A DNA stretch of 64,000 nt from Macrostomum lignano (Eukaryota). Below, piece after piece: positions 47,554 to 59,480 of the stretch. Each line of letters begins with the position of its first letter. Within the stretch, counting starts at the first letter, position 1. Position numbers and translations under genes: made by a program. The stretch covers positions 372,001-436,000 of the forward strand of contig NIVC01000629.1 of assembly GCA_002269645.1 (NCBI GenBank), given 5' to 3'. The notes beneath the pieces were generated by a model, which was not told the DNA's origin, did not search any database, and was given only the letters and a program-made list of their open reading frames with translations.

Positions 47554-48337
47554 CAGGGGCGTCGCCACGGATTTTATGGTGGGGGACAAAGCCAAGAATT
47601 CTACAAGTACATGTACATCATTTTCAGAATCTGTGTTGTCAGCGCTCCTTTTGGCGCCGCAGGCACTCATTTTAGCGCCACAGGCACTCATTGTAGCGCC
47701 ACAGGCACTCATTGTAGCGCCACAAGCACTCATTTTAGCGCCACAAGCACTCATTTTAGCGCCACTGGCACTCATTTTAGCGCCGCAGACACTCATTCTA
47801 GCGCCACTGGCACTCATTCTAGCGCCACTGGCACTCATTCTAGCGCCACTGGCACTCATTCTAGCGCCACTGGCACTCATTCTAGCGCCACTGGCACTCA
47901 TTTTAGCGCCGCACAAACTCATTTTAGCGCCGCAGACACTCATTCTAGCGCCACTGGCACTCATTTTAGCGCTACCGGCACTCATTTTAGCGCCGCAGAC
48001 ACTCATTCTAGCGCCGCACAAACTCATTTTAGCGCCGCAGACACTCATTCTAGCGCCGCAGGCACTCATTTTAGCGCCGCAGGCACTCATTCTAGCGCCG
48101 CAGGCACTCATTCTAGCGCCGCAGACACTCATTCTAGCGCCGCAGACACTCATTCTAGCGCCGCAGACACTCATTCTAGCGCCGCAGGCACTCATTCTAG
48201 CGCCGCAGGCACTCATTCTAGCGCCGCAGACACTCATTCTAGCGCCGCAGACACTCATTCTAGCGCCGCAGGCACTCATTCTAGCGCCAGCATGTGTCCC
48301 CATAGCTTTTACGCGGGTGCAGGTGGGGACGCCCCTG
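47554..48337. mobile_element. hAT-like MITE carrying an internal 21-bp minisatellite (~47644-48290, ~31 copies)
   Basis: TIRs caggggcgtc / gacgcccctg; flanks aatcaacc vs tatcaact (6/8 match, degenerate TSD). Array unit agcgccgcagacactcattct. Confidence 0.7.
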
Positions 48338-48635
48338 TATCAACTACTTGAAGTCATAAAAAGTCATGTTAGATATATTTGCATCTTTGCTGTGATAGAA
48401 GCTGCATCTGATACGAGTACATCTGCATTCTTCCAACTTGACAGCTGGCATCTGATGTTCCCTGACACCCTGACAGAAGCAACGTATTCATGCTATTAAA
48501 GCCCCCCCCCAATTATATTATAATTTACACACTTAAACAAAGCCAAAGAGAAGCAAATAATTTTAGGAGTGAGGTTTCAAGATTAATGAAAATCAGTTTA
48601 ATAGTTATGGAAGCCATTGCTGCTACATGGCTAAT

Positions 48636-50690
48636 CTACAGCACAACAATCTTCAACAGCAGCTCCTGAATTTTTCTGCACCAAGACCGGCTCTCCGACT
48701 CGCTGGGGCACCGCAGGCGCAGGACGTGCATCCGGTTGCAGTCACCAGCCAGCTGCAGGTACAGGTCGACTGAGGGAGACAGTTGGGGGGGGGTTGCAGT
48801 CACCAGCCAGCTGCAGGTACAGGTCGACTGAGGGAGACAGTTGGGGGGGCGGCTCACTGGGAGCAGGTGTGAGAATGGAAGAGTAAAGATGGAGATACGA
48901 AGAGAAAAGAAGTGAGAGGAAGAAGCTACATGTACATGTAGATGAGAGACAAAAGAGAGAATAGTGAGAAGAGATAGGAGAGAAGAAAGAGAGAAAGGGG
49001 AAGGGGAGACAAGAAAGAGGAGAGAGGGAAGGGGAGAGAAGAAAGAGGAGAGGGAAGGGGAGAGAAGAGAGAGGAGAGGGAAGGGGAGAGAAGAGAGAGG
49101 AGAGAAGGAAGGGGAGAGAAGAAAGAGGAGAGATGGAAGGGGAGAGAAGAGAGAGGAGAGAAGGAAGGGGAGAGAAGAAAGAGGAGAGAGGGAAGGGGAG
49201 AGAAGAGAGAGGAGAGAGGGAAGGGGAGAGAAGAAAGAGGAGAGATGGAAGGGGAGAGAAGAGAGAGGAGAGATGGAAGGGGAGAGAAGAGAGAGGAGAG
49301 AGGGAAGGGGAGAGAAGAGAGAGGAGAGAGGGAAGGGGAGAGAAGAGAGAGGAGAGAGGGAAGAGGGAAGGGGAGAGAAGAAAGAGGAGAGAGGGAAGAG
49401 GGAAGGGGAGAGAAGAAAGAGGAGAGATGGAAGGGGAGAGAAGAGAGAGGAGAGAGGGAAGGGGAGAGAAGAAAGAGGAGAGAGGGAAGAGGGAAGGGGA
49501 GAGAAGAAAGAGAGAAAGGGGAAGGGGAGAGAAGAGAGAGGAGAGAAGGAAGGGGAGAGGAGAGAGGGAAGAGGGAAGGGGAGAGAAGAAAGAGAGAGAG
49601 AGAGTGGGTATATCTTTTGCCATTAGGGACTTAAAAATGAGGCCACAGGAGTCTCACAGGCGGCCCCGTCGGGCACGAAGCAGTGCGCAATGCGGTGGAT
49701 CGGCAGCGGGTCCAGCAGAAGCGGCAGCGGTGCCGACTCTCCCAACGCCGTCTGCTGTTGCTGCTGCTGCGGCTCCGCGGATTCCTCCGACGCGCCAGCA
49801 GCCGCCGCCGCCGCCGCCAAGATGAGTGAGTCGGGGAACAGAAAGCAGCGAGCTTCGCTGGACCGGCCTCGCTCCAACAGGAGGATGCGCCCGCAGTGCA
49901 GCAGGCTGGACGATGGCCTCCTGAACATCTGCTGCTGCTGGCCATCCCGATGGTGCGACACGAACATCAGGCACGGCTCCGGCGACCTGCCGCCAGCGCT
50001 GGTCAGGTGGCCAGGCAAACAGCTGGCCTGGTGGTTTTATGAAAAAACAATTATAGTTGGTCATTCCGATTCACGCTACTCATAGTACATAGCCACATGC
50101 GGCCCGCAAAGCGTCTCAATCCGGTCTTGAAAATTCACGATAGCAATCCTTCCGCTTGATGTTCGTGTCTCTCCTCTCTCTCCTCTCTCTCCTCTCCTCT
50201 CCTCTCCTCTCCTCTCCTCTCCTGTCCTCTCCTGTCCTCTCCTCTCCTGTCCTCTCCTCTCCTCTCCTCTCCTCTCCTCTCCTGTCCTCTCCTGTCCTCT
50301 CCTCTCCTGTCCTCTCCTCTCCTCTCCTCTCCTCTCCTCTCCTCTTTTCGCTCCTGTCCTCTCCTCTCCTCTCTCCCTCTCCTCTCCTCTCCTCTCCTCT
50401 CCTCTCCTCTCCTCTCCTCTCCTCTCCTCTCCTCTCCTCTCCTCTCCTCTCCTCTCCTCTCCTCTCCTCTCCTCTCCTCTCCTCTCTCTCCTCTCCTGTC
50501 CTCTCCTGTCCTCTCCTCTGTCCTCTCCTCTCCTCTCCTCTCCTCTCCTCTCCTCTCTCTTTCGCTCCTGTCCTCTCCTCTCCTCTCCTCTCCTCTCCTC
50601 TCCTCTCCTCTTTTCGCTCCTCTCCTCTCCTCTCCTCTCCTCTCCTCTCCTCTCCTCTCCTCTCCTCTCCTCTCCTCTCCTCTCTCTCTC

Positions 50691-50724
<34 letters not shown>

Positions 50725-53700
50725 CTCTCCTCTCCTCTCCTCCCCTCTTACCTCTCATCTCATATAAGATTTTATTTTTTAAAAAATATGCAACCAACGC
50801 ATGTAAAACGCAAATTGATTTGCCGATAAGAATCATGAATCAGGGTGGTGGCATACTCGTATGTTTTCAACTAAATCGCATCAAATTACTGAGTCCAAAT
50901 GCATTTAAATAATGCAGAGACCCCCAGTCGATGGGCAATATAGCTCGTACAATGCCGAGCGGTCCGAAACCTTTTGACCTGGACACATATCAGTAGCCAA
51001 ATATTTGCCCAATCTCGCTATATTCGCATTGCATGGTTCTTGGACGTCAGCTCTGAAAAAAAATTTACAAAAAAATCTCGGCAAAGCAATTAATTCTTGC
51101 GGCTGATCCTTTTGATCCCAGTCTGCTAGATGGAAAAATGAAGTCTCGATTCAGTTTGTACAGTAAATCTGTTTATTGACTCGCTCTAAAATTTACAATG
51201 TGGCCAAATACAGGATGCCTATCCCAGTTCTTCAGCTAATAATCACGAACGGACTAAGGGCAGCAGCCTTTGCTCTTTTAAAGATAATTTGTTCATTTTT
51301 TGATGTAGTGATGTACAAATACATCACAATTCAAAATTCCTCATCTCATTGTTTACATGTAGCACCCACCTCACTCCTCCAGCTCTCACCTCACTCCTCC
51401 AGCTCCCACCTCACTCCTCCAGCTCCCACCTCACTCCTCCAGCTCTCACCTCACTCCTCCAGCTCCCACCTCACTCTCCAGCTCCCACCTCACTCCTCCA
51501 GCTCCCACCTCACTCCTCCAGCTCCCACCTCACTCCTCCAGCTCCCACCTCACTCCTCCAGCTCCCACCTCACTCCTTCAGCTCCCACCTCACTCCTCCA
51601 GCTCCCACCTCACTCCTCCAGCTCCCACCTCACTCCTCCAGCTCCCACCTCACTCCTCCAGCTCCCACCTCACTCCTCCAGCTCCCACCTCACTCCTCCA
51701 GCTCCCACCTCACTCCTCCAGCTCCCACCTCACTCCTCCAGCTCCCACCTCACTCCTCCAGCTCCCACCTCACTCCTCCAGCTCCCACCTCACTCCCAGC
51801 ACTCACAATATCATACAGTGATTTCACATCCCTCCGAAATGCGCCGCCAAAGCCGCCGCTCCTGGCGCCGCCGGAGCTGCCTGCCAGCCGCCAAGCAGTG
51901 GCTGGTGCAGCAGTCGTTGACGTCGCCGTTGCAGACACCCCAGCCGACATCGCAGAACCAGTCGGCTCCGGCTCGCGGCCGCACTCCGGCAGTGCGCTGG
52001 GACTTTTGGCCACGCCCAGCTGCAGAAGCCTGGGAACCATTGGGGGCGGTAGTGAGGGCTGCTGCTGCTGCTGCTGCTGCACCTGTTGCTTGTCGTCTTG
52101 CCTGCGCCGTCTTCTACGTTCATTCGACTGCTGTCGGCCGAGGTCAGCTGAACGGCTGCCGCAGGCGGTTCGAGCAATCTCGTTGAGCAGAGGGTGCCAG
52201 CCGCTTGTCTGAAGTCGTGTTGAGAAAGCTATCAAGTTCTAAAAGAGTTTGCCGCACTCAGCTACACCCACCTCACTCCGCTACACCCACCTCACTCCGC
52301 TACACCCACCTCACTCCGCTACACCCACCTCACTCAGCTACACCCACCTCACTCAGCTACACCCACCTCACTCCGCTACACCCACCTCACTCCGCTACAC
52401 CCACCTCACTCAGCTACACCCACATCACTCAGCTACACCCACCTCACTCCGCTGAACCCACCTCACTCCGCCACACCCACCTCACTCAGCTACACCCACC
52501 TCACTCAGCTACACCCACATCACTCAGCTACACACACGGAGTGGAGTGTTTATCCAATTAAAAGTGCTTATAAATACAACAAACTTATTACCTTGCCGCA
52601 CGTGATCAAGCTATCCAGCGGAAACGCAATACTGCCCAGAAACTCTGCAAATCTGAATCAGTTAAAAAATCATGAAAGAGTTTCGCCCCAGTCAAAGAAG
52701 AGGGCTTACTTCAACAAGTTCAACATCCAAGCTAGCTGGCTCACCCTTCGCGACCGAGCTGATTCCAAGCTGAAATTAACAGATTCTTTTTCCCGCAAAC
52801 TTTTGAGGATGCGGAGCCTTGGTGCCGCTGCTGCTGGTGCTGCTGGTGCTCTAGCGGCAAATTGAGCACAAAGTGCTCGTTGAACAATGGGAAATCGGTG
52901 TCGGGCACAACCTGCGATTGACATTTCTCGCTGTTCTGACCCTCGGGATAGAAACTTATCTGGAAGGGTTGCATGCTGTTTCTATAGTGGCTCTGGTGAA
53001 ATATAGCAGTACGCGACTGCACTCCTGACTCGCTCCTGACTCAATCTCTAGCTACCTCACTCCCCCATCAGCAACCTCACTCTCCATTAGCTACCTCACT
53101 CCCCCATTAGCTACCTCACTCTCTCATTAGCTACCTTACTTCCCATTAGCTACCTCAGTCCCCATTAGCTACCTCACTCCCCATTAGCTACCCCACTCCC
53201 TCATTAGCTACCTCACTCCTCCATTAGCTACCTCACTCCTCCATTAGCTACCCCACTCCCTCATTAGCTACCCCACTCCCTCATTAGCTACCCCACTCCC
53301 TCATTAGCTACGTCACTCCCGATTAGCTACCTCACTCCCCATTAGCTACCCCACTCCCTCATTAGCTACCTCACTCCTCCATTAGCTACCTCACTCCTCC
53401 ATTAGCTACCCCACTCCCTCATTAGCTACCTCACTCCTCCATTAGCTACCCCACTCCCTTATTAGCTACCTCACTCCTCCATTAGCTACCTCACTCCCCA
53501 TTAGCTACCTCACTTCTCCATTAGCTACCCCACTCCCTCATTAGCTACCTCACTCCTCCATTAGCTACCCCACTCCCTCATTAGCTACGTCACTCCCCAT
53601 TAGCTACCTCACTCCCCCATTAGCTACCCCACTCCCTCATCAGCTACCTCACTCCTCCATTAGCTACCCCACTCCCTCATCAGCTACCTCACTCCCCATT

Positions 53701-54530
53701 AGCTACCTCACTCCCCCATTAGCCACCTCACTCCCCATTAGCCACCTCACTCCGCCATTACCTACCTCACTCCCGCAGCCAACGCCCTCACAAGTTTTCC
53801 AAGAACTCACCCTAACAAAGCTGCAGCACCGCTTTCCCCTTTGGGAAGTCAAATTTCTGGCCGCAATGACTGCAAATTGAGATGCAAAGGTGGAGACCGA
53901 TTTTGACTGAAGGACGAACCTTCAAGCTGCACTAGAATCGCAATAAAAAGTTCAGCTTAGCAACTCACGAGAAATTCTCAGCTGGGTTGATGCCGCTTGG
54001 ATTGACAGCTTCAGTTCGGCATCTGGAAATTTTGGGAGTTCTGAAACATTTTGAAGAGTTGAGTTGACTATTACTCAACTAATGAATAAGCATTCTTAAT
54101 TAACCACCCTAGGTCCCTAATCAGACTCCAGAAATCCCTAATCAGACACCAGAAATCCCTAATCAGCCACCAGAAATCCCTAATCAGACACCAGAAATCC
54201 CTAATCAGCCACCAGAAATCCCTAATCAGACACCAGAAATCCCTAATCAGACACCAGAAATCCCTAATCAGACACCAGAAATCCCTAATCAGAGACCAGA
54301 AATCCCTAATCAAAGACCGGAAATCCCTAATCAGAGACCAGAAATCCCTAATCAAAGACCAGAAATCCCAGAGATCCCTCACCGCCTCTCAAGCAGTCCG
54401 CCCCAGCCGCCGCCCCAGCCGCCGCTGATGTCATGGAAGCTGATGCGGCCGCAGTTCCGCTGCCAGCTGTGTTACCTGATGTAGAGCTGGCGACGTCCGA
54501 TTGAAACAGCTTCCAGCCTCCGCTGGGCAT
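48636..54530 (-). CDS. RGS3-type C2 domain plus C-terminal PH domain protein; exons 54530-54383, 54040-53969, 53869-53811, 52959-52745, 52652-52592, 52208-51807, 50027-49631, 48769-48636; ~495 aa
   Basis: All junctions are GT-AG and phase-compatible (1,1,0,2,0,0,1). C2: AELKLSIQAASTQLRISLIAARNL...FVRISFYPE...CQSQVVPDTDFPLFNEHFVL...KNLLISAWN...EFLGSIAFPLDSL...TSGWHPLL. PH: LLHCGRILLLERGRSSEARCFLFPDSLILA...LRLRCPSESESRSWCRKIQELL. The ATG at 54530 has an in-frame upstream stop. Confidence 0.75.
48741..48850 (-). repeat. 58-bp direct duplication spanning the last acceptor and the first ~33 nt of the final exon
   Basis: gtcaccagccagctgcaggtacaggtcgactgagggagacagttggggggg occurs at 48741 and 48799. 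Confidence 0.9.
48960..49605. repeat. GA-rich degenerate repeat (intron of C2-PH gene)
   Basis: gggaaggggagagaagagagaggagaga-type units. Confidence 0.92.
50168..50755. repeat. (CTCCT)n simple repeat
   Basis: Read directly from the sequence. Confidence 0.95.
51365..51797. repeat. 20-bp minisatellite, ~21 copies
   Basis: Unit cccacctcactcctccagct; begins ~10 nt from the donor at 51806. Confidence 0.95.
52258..52535. repeat. 20-bp minisatellite, ~14 copies
   Basis: Unit acacccacctcactcmgct-type. Confidence 0.93.
53050..53775. repeat. ~19-20-bp degenerate minisatellite
   Basis: Unit cattagctacctcactccc(c) with variants. Confidence 0.93.
54113..54370. repeat. 21-bp minisatellite, ~12 copies
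   Basis: Unit ccagaaatccctaatcagaca; begins ~12 nt from the donor at 54382. Confidence 0.94.
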
Positions 54531-54984
54531 AGCGCAGCCTCATCAATGGTTAATAAAACTCCACACTGACGAAGAGAGGTGAACAGAGCGTAAAAATGTT
54601 TTTTCTGCGCTTCTCCTTCTGTGGTTTCGCCGAAATTGATGAGGCGGCAGTTGGGAGACTGAGAGGGAGAGAGAGAGAGCTTCGTGTTCAGAAGTGCGGT
54701 GTTAATTTCTTTGTCCCAGCGCTTGGCGCTGCCTTTTGCCTGCCTGCTCGATTTTCACCGCCCGGTCCCTCATCCTTCACCGGCGACCCGTTCTGTGCCA
54801 TTTTCTTACAGAGCGGCCTCACTGATTGGCTGCATGGTGATTCGTTTCTCTGTGCGTAAAATCTGTGCGAGAGTGGGACTTATCAGATAGACACTTTGCA
54901 CAACTGCTGGATTCCGCTGGGTTCTCTTGTAATTACTGCTACCCCCATTACCTGCTCTTGCCTACCCGCCAAAGCCTCTCTCCA

Positions 54985-55440
54985 CCCTCCCCTCTCACCA
55001 TCTCACCCTCTCTCCCCTCTCACCTCTCTCCCCTCTCATCTCTCTCCCCTCTCCCCTCTCTCCCCTCTCACCCTCTCTCCCCTCTCACCCTCTCTCCCCT
55101 CTCACCCTCTCTCCCCTCTCACACTCTCTCCCCTCTCACCTCTCTCCCCTCTCACCTCTCTCCCCTCTCACCCTCTCTCCCCTCTCACCCTCTCTCCTCC
55201 TCATTCTTCCCCCTCTTCTCTCTCTTCTCCCTTCTCAACCTCTCTTCCCTCTCCTCTCCTCCTTCTCCTCTCCCTTCTCATCCTATCTCCCCTCCAATCT
55301 CCTCTCTCACCCCCTCTCCCCTCTTCTCTCCCTCTCTCCTTTCCCCACTCACCCTCATTCCTATCTTCCCTCTCTTCCCCTCCTCACTCCTATCTACTCT
55401 CCTCCAACTCCCCTCTTCAACACTGTCTTTTATCTACTTT
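54985..55440. repeat. CT-rich simple repeat
   Basis: ctctctcccctctcacc-type units decaying into a low-complexity pyrimidine tract. Confidence 0.88.
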
Positions 55441-56031
55441 CCCTCCACGTGACTCGCCGCCTTTACAAGCAAAGTTTCTGAATAACTGAAAAATCCAATG
55501 CGTGGAACAGTCCAGGATGCAGTCACCCTAAGCCATAATTTTTATTTTTCATTTTCGCTTGCACCTCTCCGTCAGCTGAAACCGAAATCTCAGATAGTTG
55601 CGCAACATTTGCCAACAGAAGAAAATGAACTTCCTTGACGCGACTGCGAAAGCCGTCCCAGTAAATCTGTAACAGAAGCTGACCTGCCGCTGATGAAGTG
55701 GCGGGCCTGTGATCTGCTGGGTCAGAGTTGAAATTGCCCACCTAGGTTCGGGATCTTCCAGTGCGACAATCTGGCAGAAGCCAGACCTCTGGATAGCGCT
55801 TCACCCCTCACTCATACCAGTAGTAAAGTGCTAGTAGTACGGCAAATACTAAAGGATACAACTCGTTACAACCAGTTAGTTAATCAGTTTGCAGGGGGCT
55901 GTCACCCCTTCAAGGCCAGTAGTCATGCCATTTTGCTGACACAGATACGTGCTCACACAGGGTGCACAGCGGCACTGACTTTCTAATCGTCAGGCATGTA
56001 CACTCTGTGTGCCTTGTACATGTGCACATGT

Positions 56032-57072
56032 ACACACTGCATCATCAATAGCTTGCACTGCAGCTGACACACACTGCATCATCAATAGCTTGCACTGCAG
56101 CTGGCACACACTGCATCATCAATAGCTTGCACTGCAGCTGGCACACACTGCATCATCAATAGCTTGCACTGCAGCTGGCACACACTGCATCATCAATAGC
56201 TTGCACTGCAGCTGGCACACACTGCATCATCAATAGCTTGCACTGCAGCTGGCACACACTGCATCATCAATAGCTTGCACTGCAGCTGACACACACTGCA
56301 TCATCAATAGCTTGCACTGCAGCTGGCACACACTGCATCATCAATAGCTTGCACTGCAGCTGACACACACTGCATCATCAATAGCTTGCACTGCAGCTGA
56401 CACACACTGCATCATCAATAGCTTGCACTGCAGCTGACACACACTGCATCATCAATAGCTTGCACTGCAGCTGGCACACACTGCATCATCAATAGCTTGC
56501 ACTGCAGCTGGCACACACTGCATCATCAATAGCTTGCACTGCAGCTGGCACACACTGCATCATCAATAGCTTGCACTGCAGCTGGCACACACTGCATGCA
56601 TCATCAATAGCTTGCACTGCAGCTGGCACACACTGCATCATCAATAGCTTGCACTGCAGCTGACACACACTGCATCATCAATAGCTTGCACTGCAGCTGA
56701 CACACACTGCATCATCAATAGCTTGCACTGCAGCTGACACACACTGCATCATCAATAGCTTGCACTGCAGCTGGCACACACTGCATGCATCATCAATAGC
56801 TTGCACTGCAGCTGACACACACTGCATCATCAATAGCTTGCACTGCAGCTGGCACACACTGCATGCATCATCAATAGCTTGCACTGCAGCTGACACACAC
56901 TGCATCATCAATAGCTTGCACTGCAGCTGACACACACTGCATCATCAATAGCTTGCACTGCAGCTGACACACACTGCATCATCAATAGCTTGCACTGCAG
57001 CTGACACACACTGCATCATCAATAGCTTGCACTGCAGCTGGCACACACTGCATCATCAATAGCTTGCACTGC
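56032..57072. repeat. 37-bp minisatellite, ~28 copies
   Basis: Unit atcatcaatagcttgcactgcagctgrcacacactgc; occasional 4-bp atgc insertions. Confidence 0.96.
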
Positions 57073-57694
57073 AAGTTGCTGAGGGAAAAAAGGAAGTAGG
57101 CAAAAAAATCACTGGAAATCCCCGACCTCCCTGTCCAGGGATTATGGATTTCCGGGGCTGCGGAGGGCGGAGGCGGAACTGGGGATGAGGCAGGAGGGGG
57201 CGGGTAGCGCTTGTCATCAGACAGGTAGCAGCATGCTGTATATTTGTAATAGAGATCCGCAGCCACTCCGCGCATTCCTGCTTTGCCCCTGTAGTTTTAT
57301 TCACTGTTCCTAGAAGAATGGATGGGGCAGGGACAGACTTAATGGGAGCGCTGGCCCTCCAGCAACACCTTGCTAATTGGCAGTGCGCGGCCAGCCAGCT
57401 AATTGCCGGGCATTTCTTTCGGCTTCGCGGCCCTCAAAACTTCGCCGGAGGATTCAATCGAGCTTTCCGGATGCTTTGGGGGAGGGGGGGGGGTTGCGCC
57501 GTGCGCATTAGCGACCGAGCTCCTCCGGTTAGCGACTGCCGCCTGTAGCTGCTTTCAGTCGCCAATGCTGCGCGCGTGTCTGCTGCTTCTGCACAATCGG
57601 AAAACACGGATGCTGTGCCTTCATCAGCTGCTTCTCCAGCGCCCTCACTCTGCCAGGCCTAATCCCGTAGCCTCCTACAGCCCTTTCTCCAACT

Positions 57695-58075
57695 CTCTCA
57701 CCCTCCATCTCCCTCTCACCCTCCATCTCCATCTCCCTCTTACCTTCAATCTCCCTCTCACCCTCTATCTCCCTCTCCCTCTCACCCTCCATCTCCATCT
57801 CCCTCTTACCTTCAATCTCCCTCTCACCCTCCATCTCCCTCTAGCCCTCCGTCTCCCTCTCACCCTGCATGTCCCTCTCACCCTCCATCTCCCTCTCACC
57901 CTCCATCTCCCTCTCACCTTCCATCTCCCTCTCACCCTCCATCTCCCTCTCACCTTCCATCTCCCTCTCACCTTCCATCTCCCTCTCACCCTCCATCTTT
58001 CTCTCACCCTCCACCTCCCTTCCACCCTCCATCTCACTCTCACCCTGCATCTCCCTCTCACACTGCATCTCAGTC
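57695..58075. repeat. 18-bp pyrimidine-rich repeat
   Basis: Unit ccctctcaccctccatct. Confidence 0.9.
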
Positions 58076-58689
58076 TCCCTCTACTATCTCTCTTATCTAC
58101 TTGTTTCTATCGCTCTCTTCAAATCAACGCATTTGCAATATCGGCTTTACAGCTGTTTGACTCATCTAAATGTTTCACGTGTCTTAAACTCTTTCCAATT
58201 ATGTTTTCTTTCAATTTTCACTCGAATCGGTCAAATGAAAATATAGGTATTCCTGTATGCAAAAAGTTTCAGAAAAAATCGGACGGGTATTTTTGAATTT
58301 TCTCTACTAGCAGTAGCCAGTAGGCATTTAAGCGTAATGCACATTTTATAAACGCTTCAGTCTCAGTTCAAATGTCTGCTAGAGTTTTGAATCTGCGGTC
58401 ACAGACGCAGACACGGTCACACAGTCACGGTCAGTCAAACAGTCACAGGCAGAGTCATTCATTCACAGGTACAATTATGCAATCATGGTCATACAGCCAC
58501 GGTCATACAGTCACTGTCGGTCACGGTCACGTTCATCCAATCATGATCATACAGTCATGTTCATTCAGCCTTGGTCATATAGTCACGGTCATTAAGTCAT
58601 GTTCACTAAGTCATGGTCATACAATCACGGTCATAAATTCATGGTCATACAATCACGGTCATAAATTCATGGTCAGTCATGGTCATACA

Positions 58690-59480
58690 GTCATGGTCCG
58701 ATAGTAACGGTCATACATTCACAGTCATACATTCTCGGTCATACAGTAACGGTCATACAGTAACGGTCATACATTCACGGTCATACATTCACGGTCATAC
58801 ATTCTCGGTCATACAGTAACGGTCATAAATTCACGGTCATACATTCTCGGTCATACAGTAACGGTCATACATTCACGGTCATACACTAACGGTCATACAT
58901 TCACGGTCATACATTCTCGGTCATACAGTAACGGTCATACATTCACGGTCATACATTCTCGGTCATACATTCTCGGTCATACAGTAACGTCCATACATTC
59001 ACGGTCATACATTCTCGGTCATACATTCTCGGTCATACATTCACGGTCATACAGTAACGGTCATACATTCACGGTCATACATTCTCGGTCATACAGTAAC
59101 GGTCATACATTCACGGTCATACATTCTCGGTCATACATTCTCGGTCATACAGTAACGTCCATACATTCACGGTCATACATTCTCGGTCATACATTCTCGG
59201 TCATACATTCACGGTCATACAGTAACGGTCATACATTCACGGTCATACATTCTCGGTCATACAGTAATGGTCATACATTCACGGTCATACATTCACGGTC
59301 ATACATTCACGGTCATACATTCACGGTCATACATTCTCGGTCATACAGTAACGGTCATACATTCTCGGTCATACATTCTCGGTCATACAGTAACGGTCAT
59401 ACATTCACGGTCATACATTCACGGTCATACAGTAACGGTCATACATTCTCGGTCATACATTCTCGGTCATACAGTTACAA
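58690..59480. repeat. Modular 14-bp minisatellite (ggtcataca + ttcac / ttctc / gtaac), degenerate flank from ~58405
   Basis: Three interchangeable variants in irregular order. Confidence 0.93.

Noticed and set aside
47539-48499. 250-307 aa ORFs (ATGTHSS / LILAPQA)
   Set aside because: Products of the 21-bp array inside a MITE.
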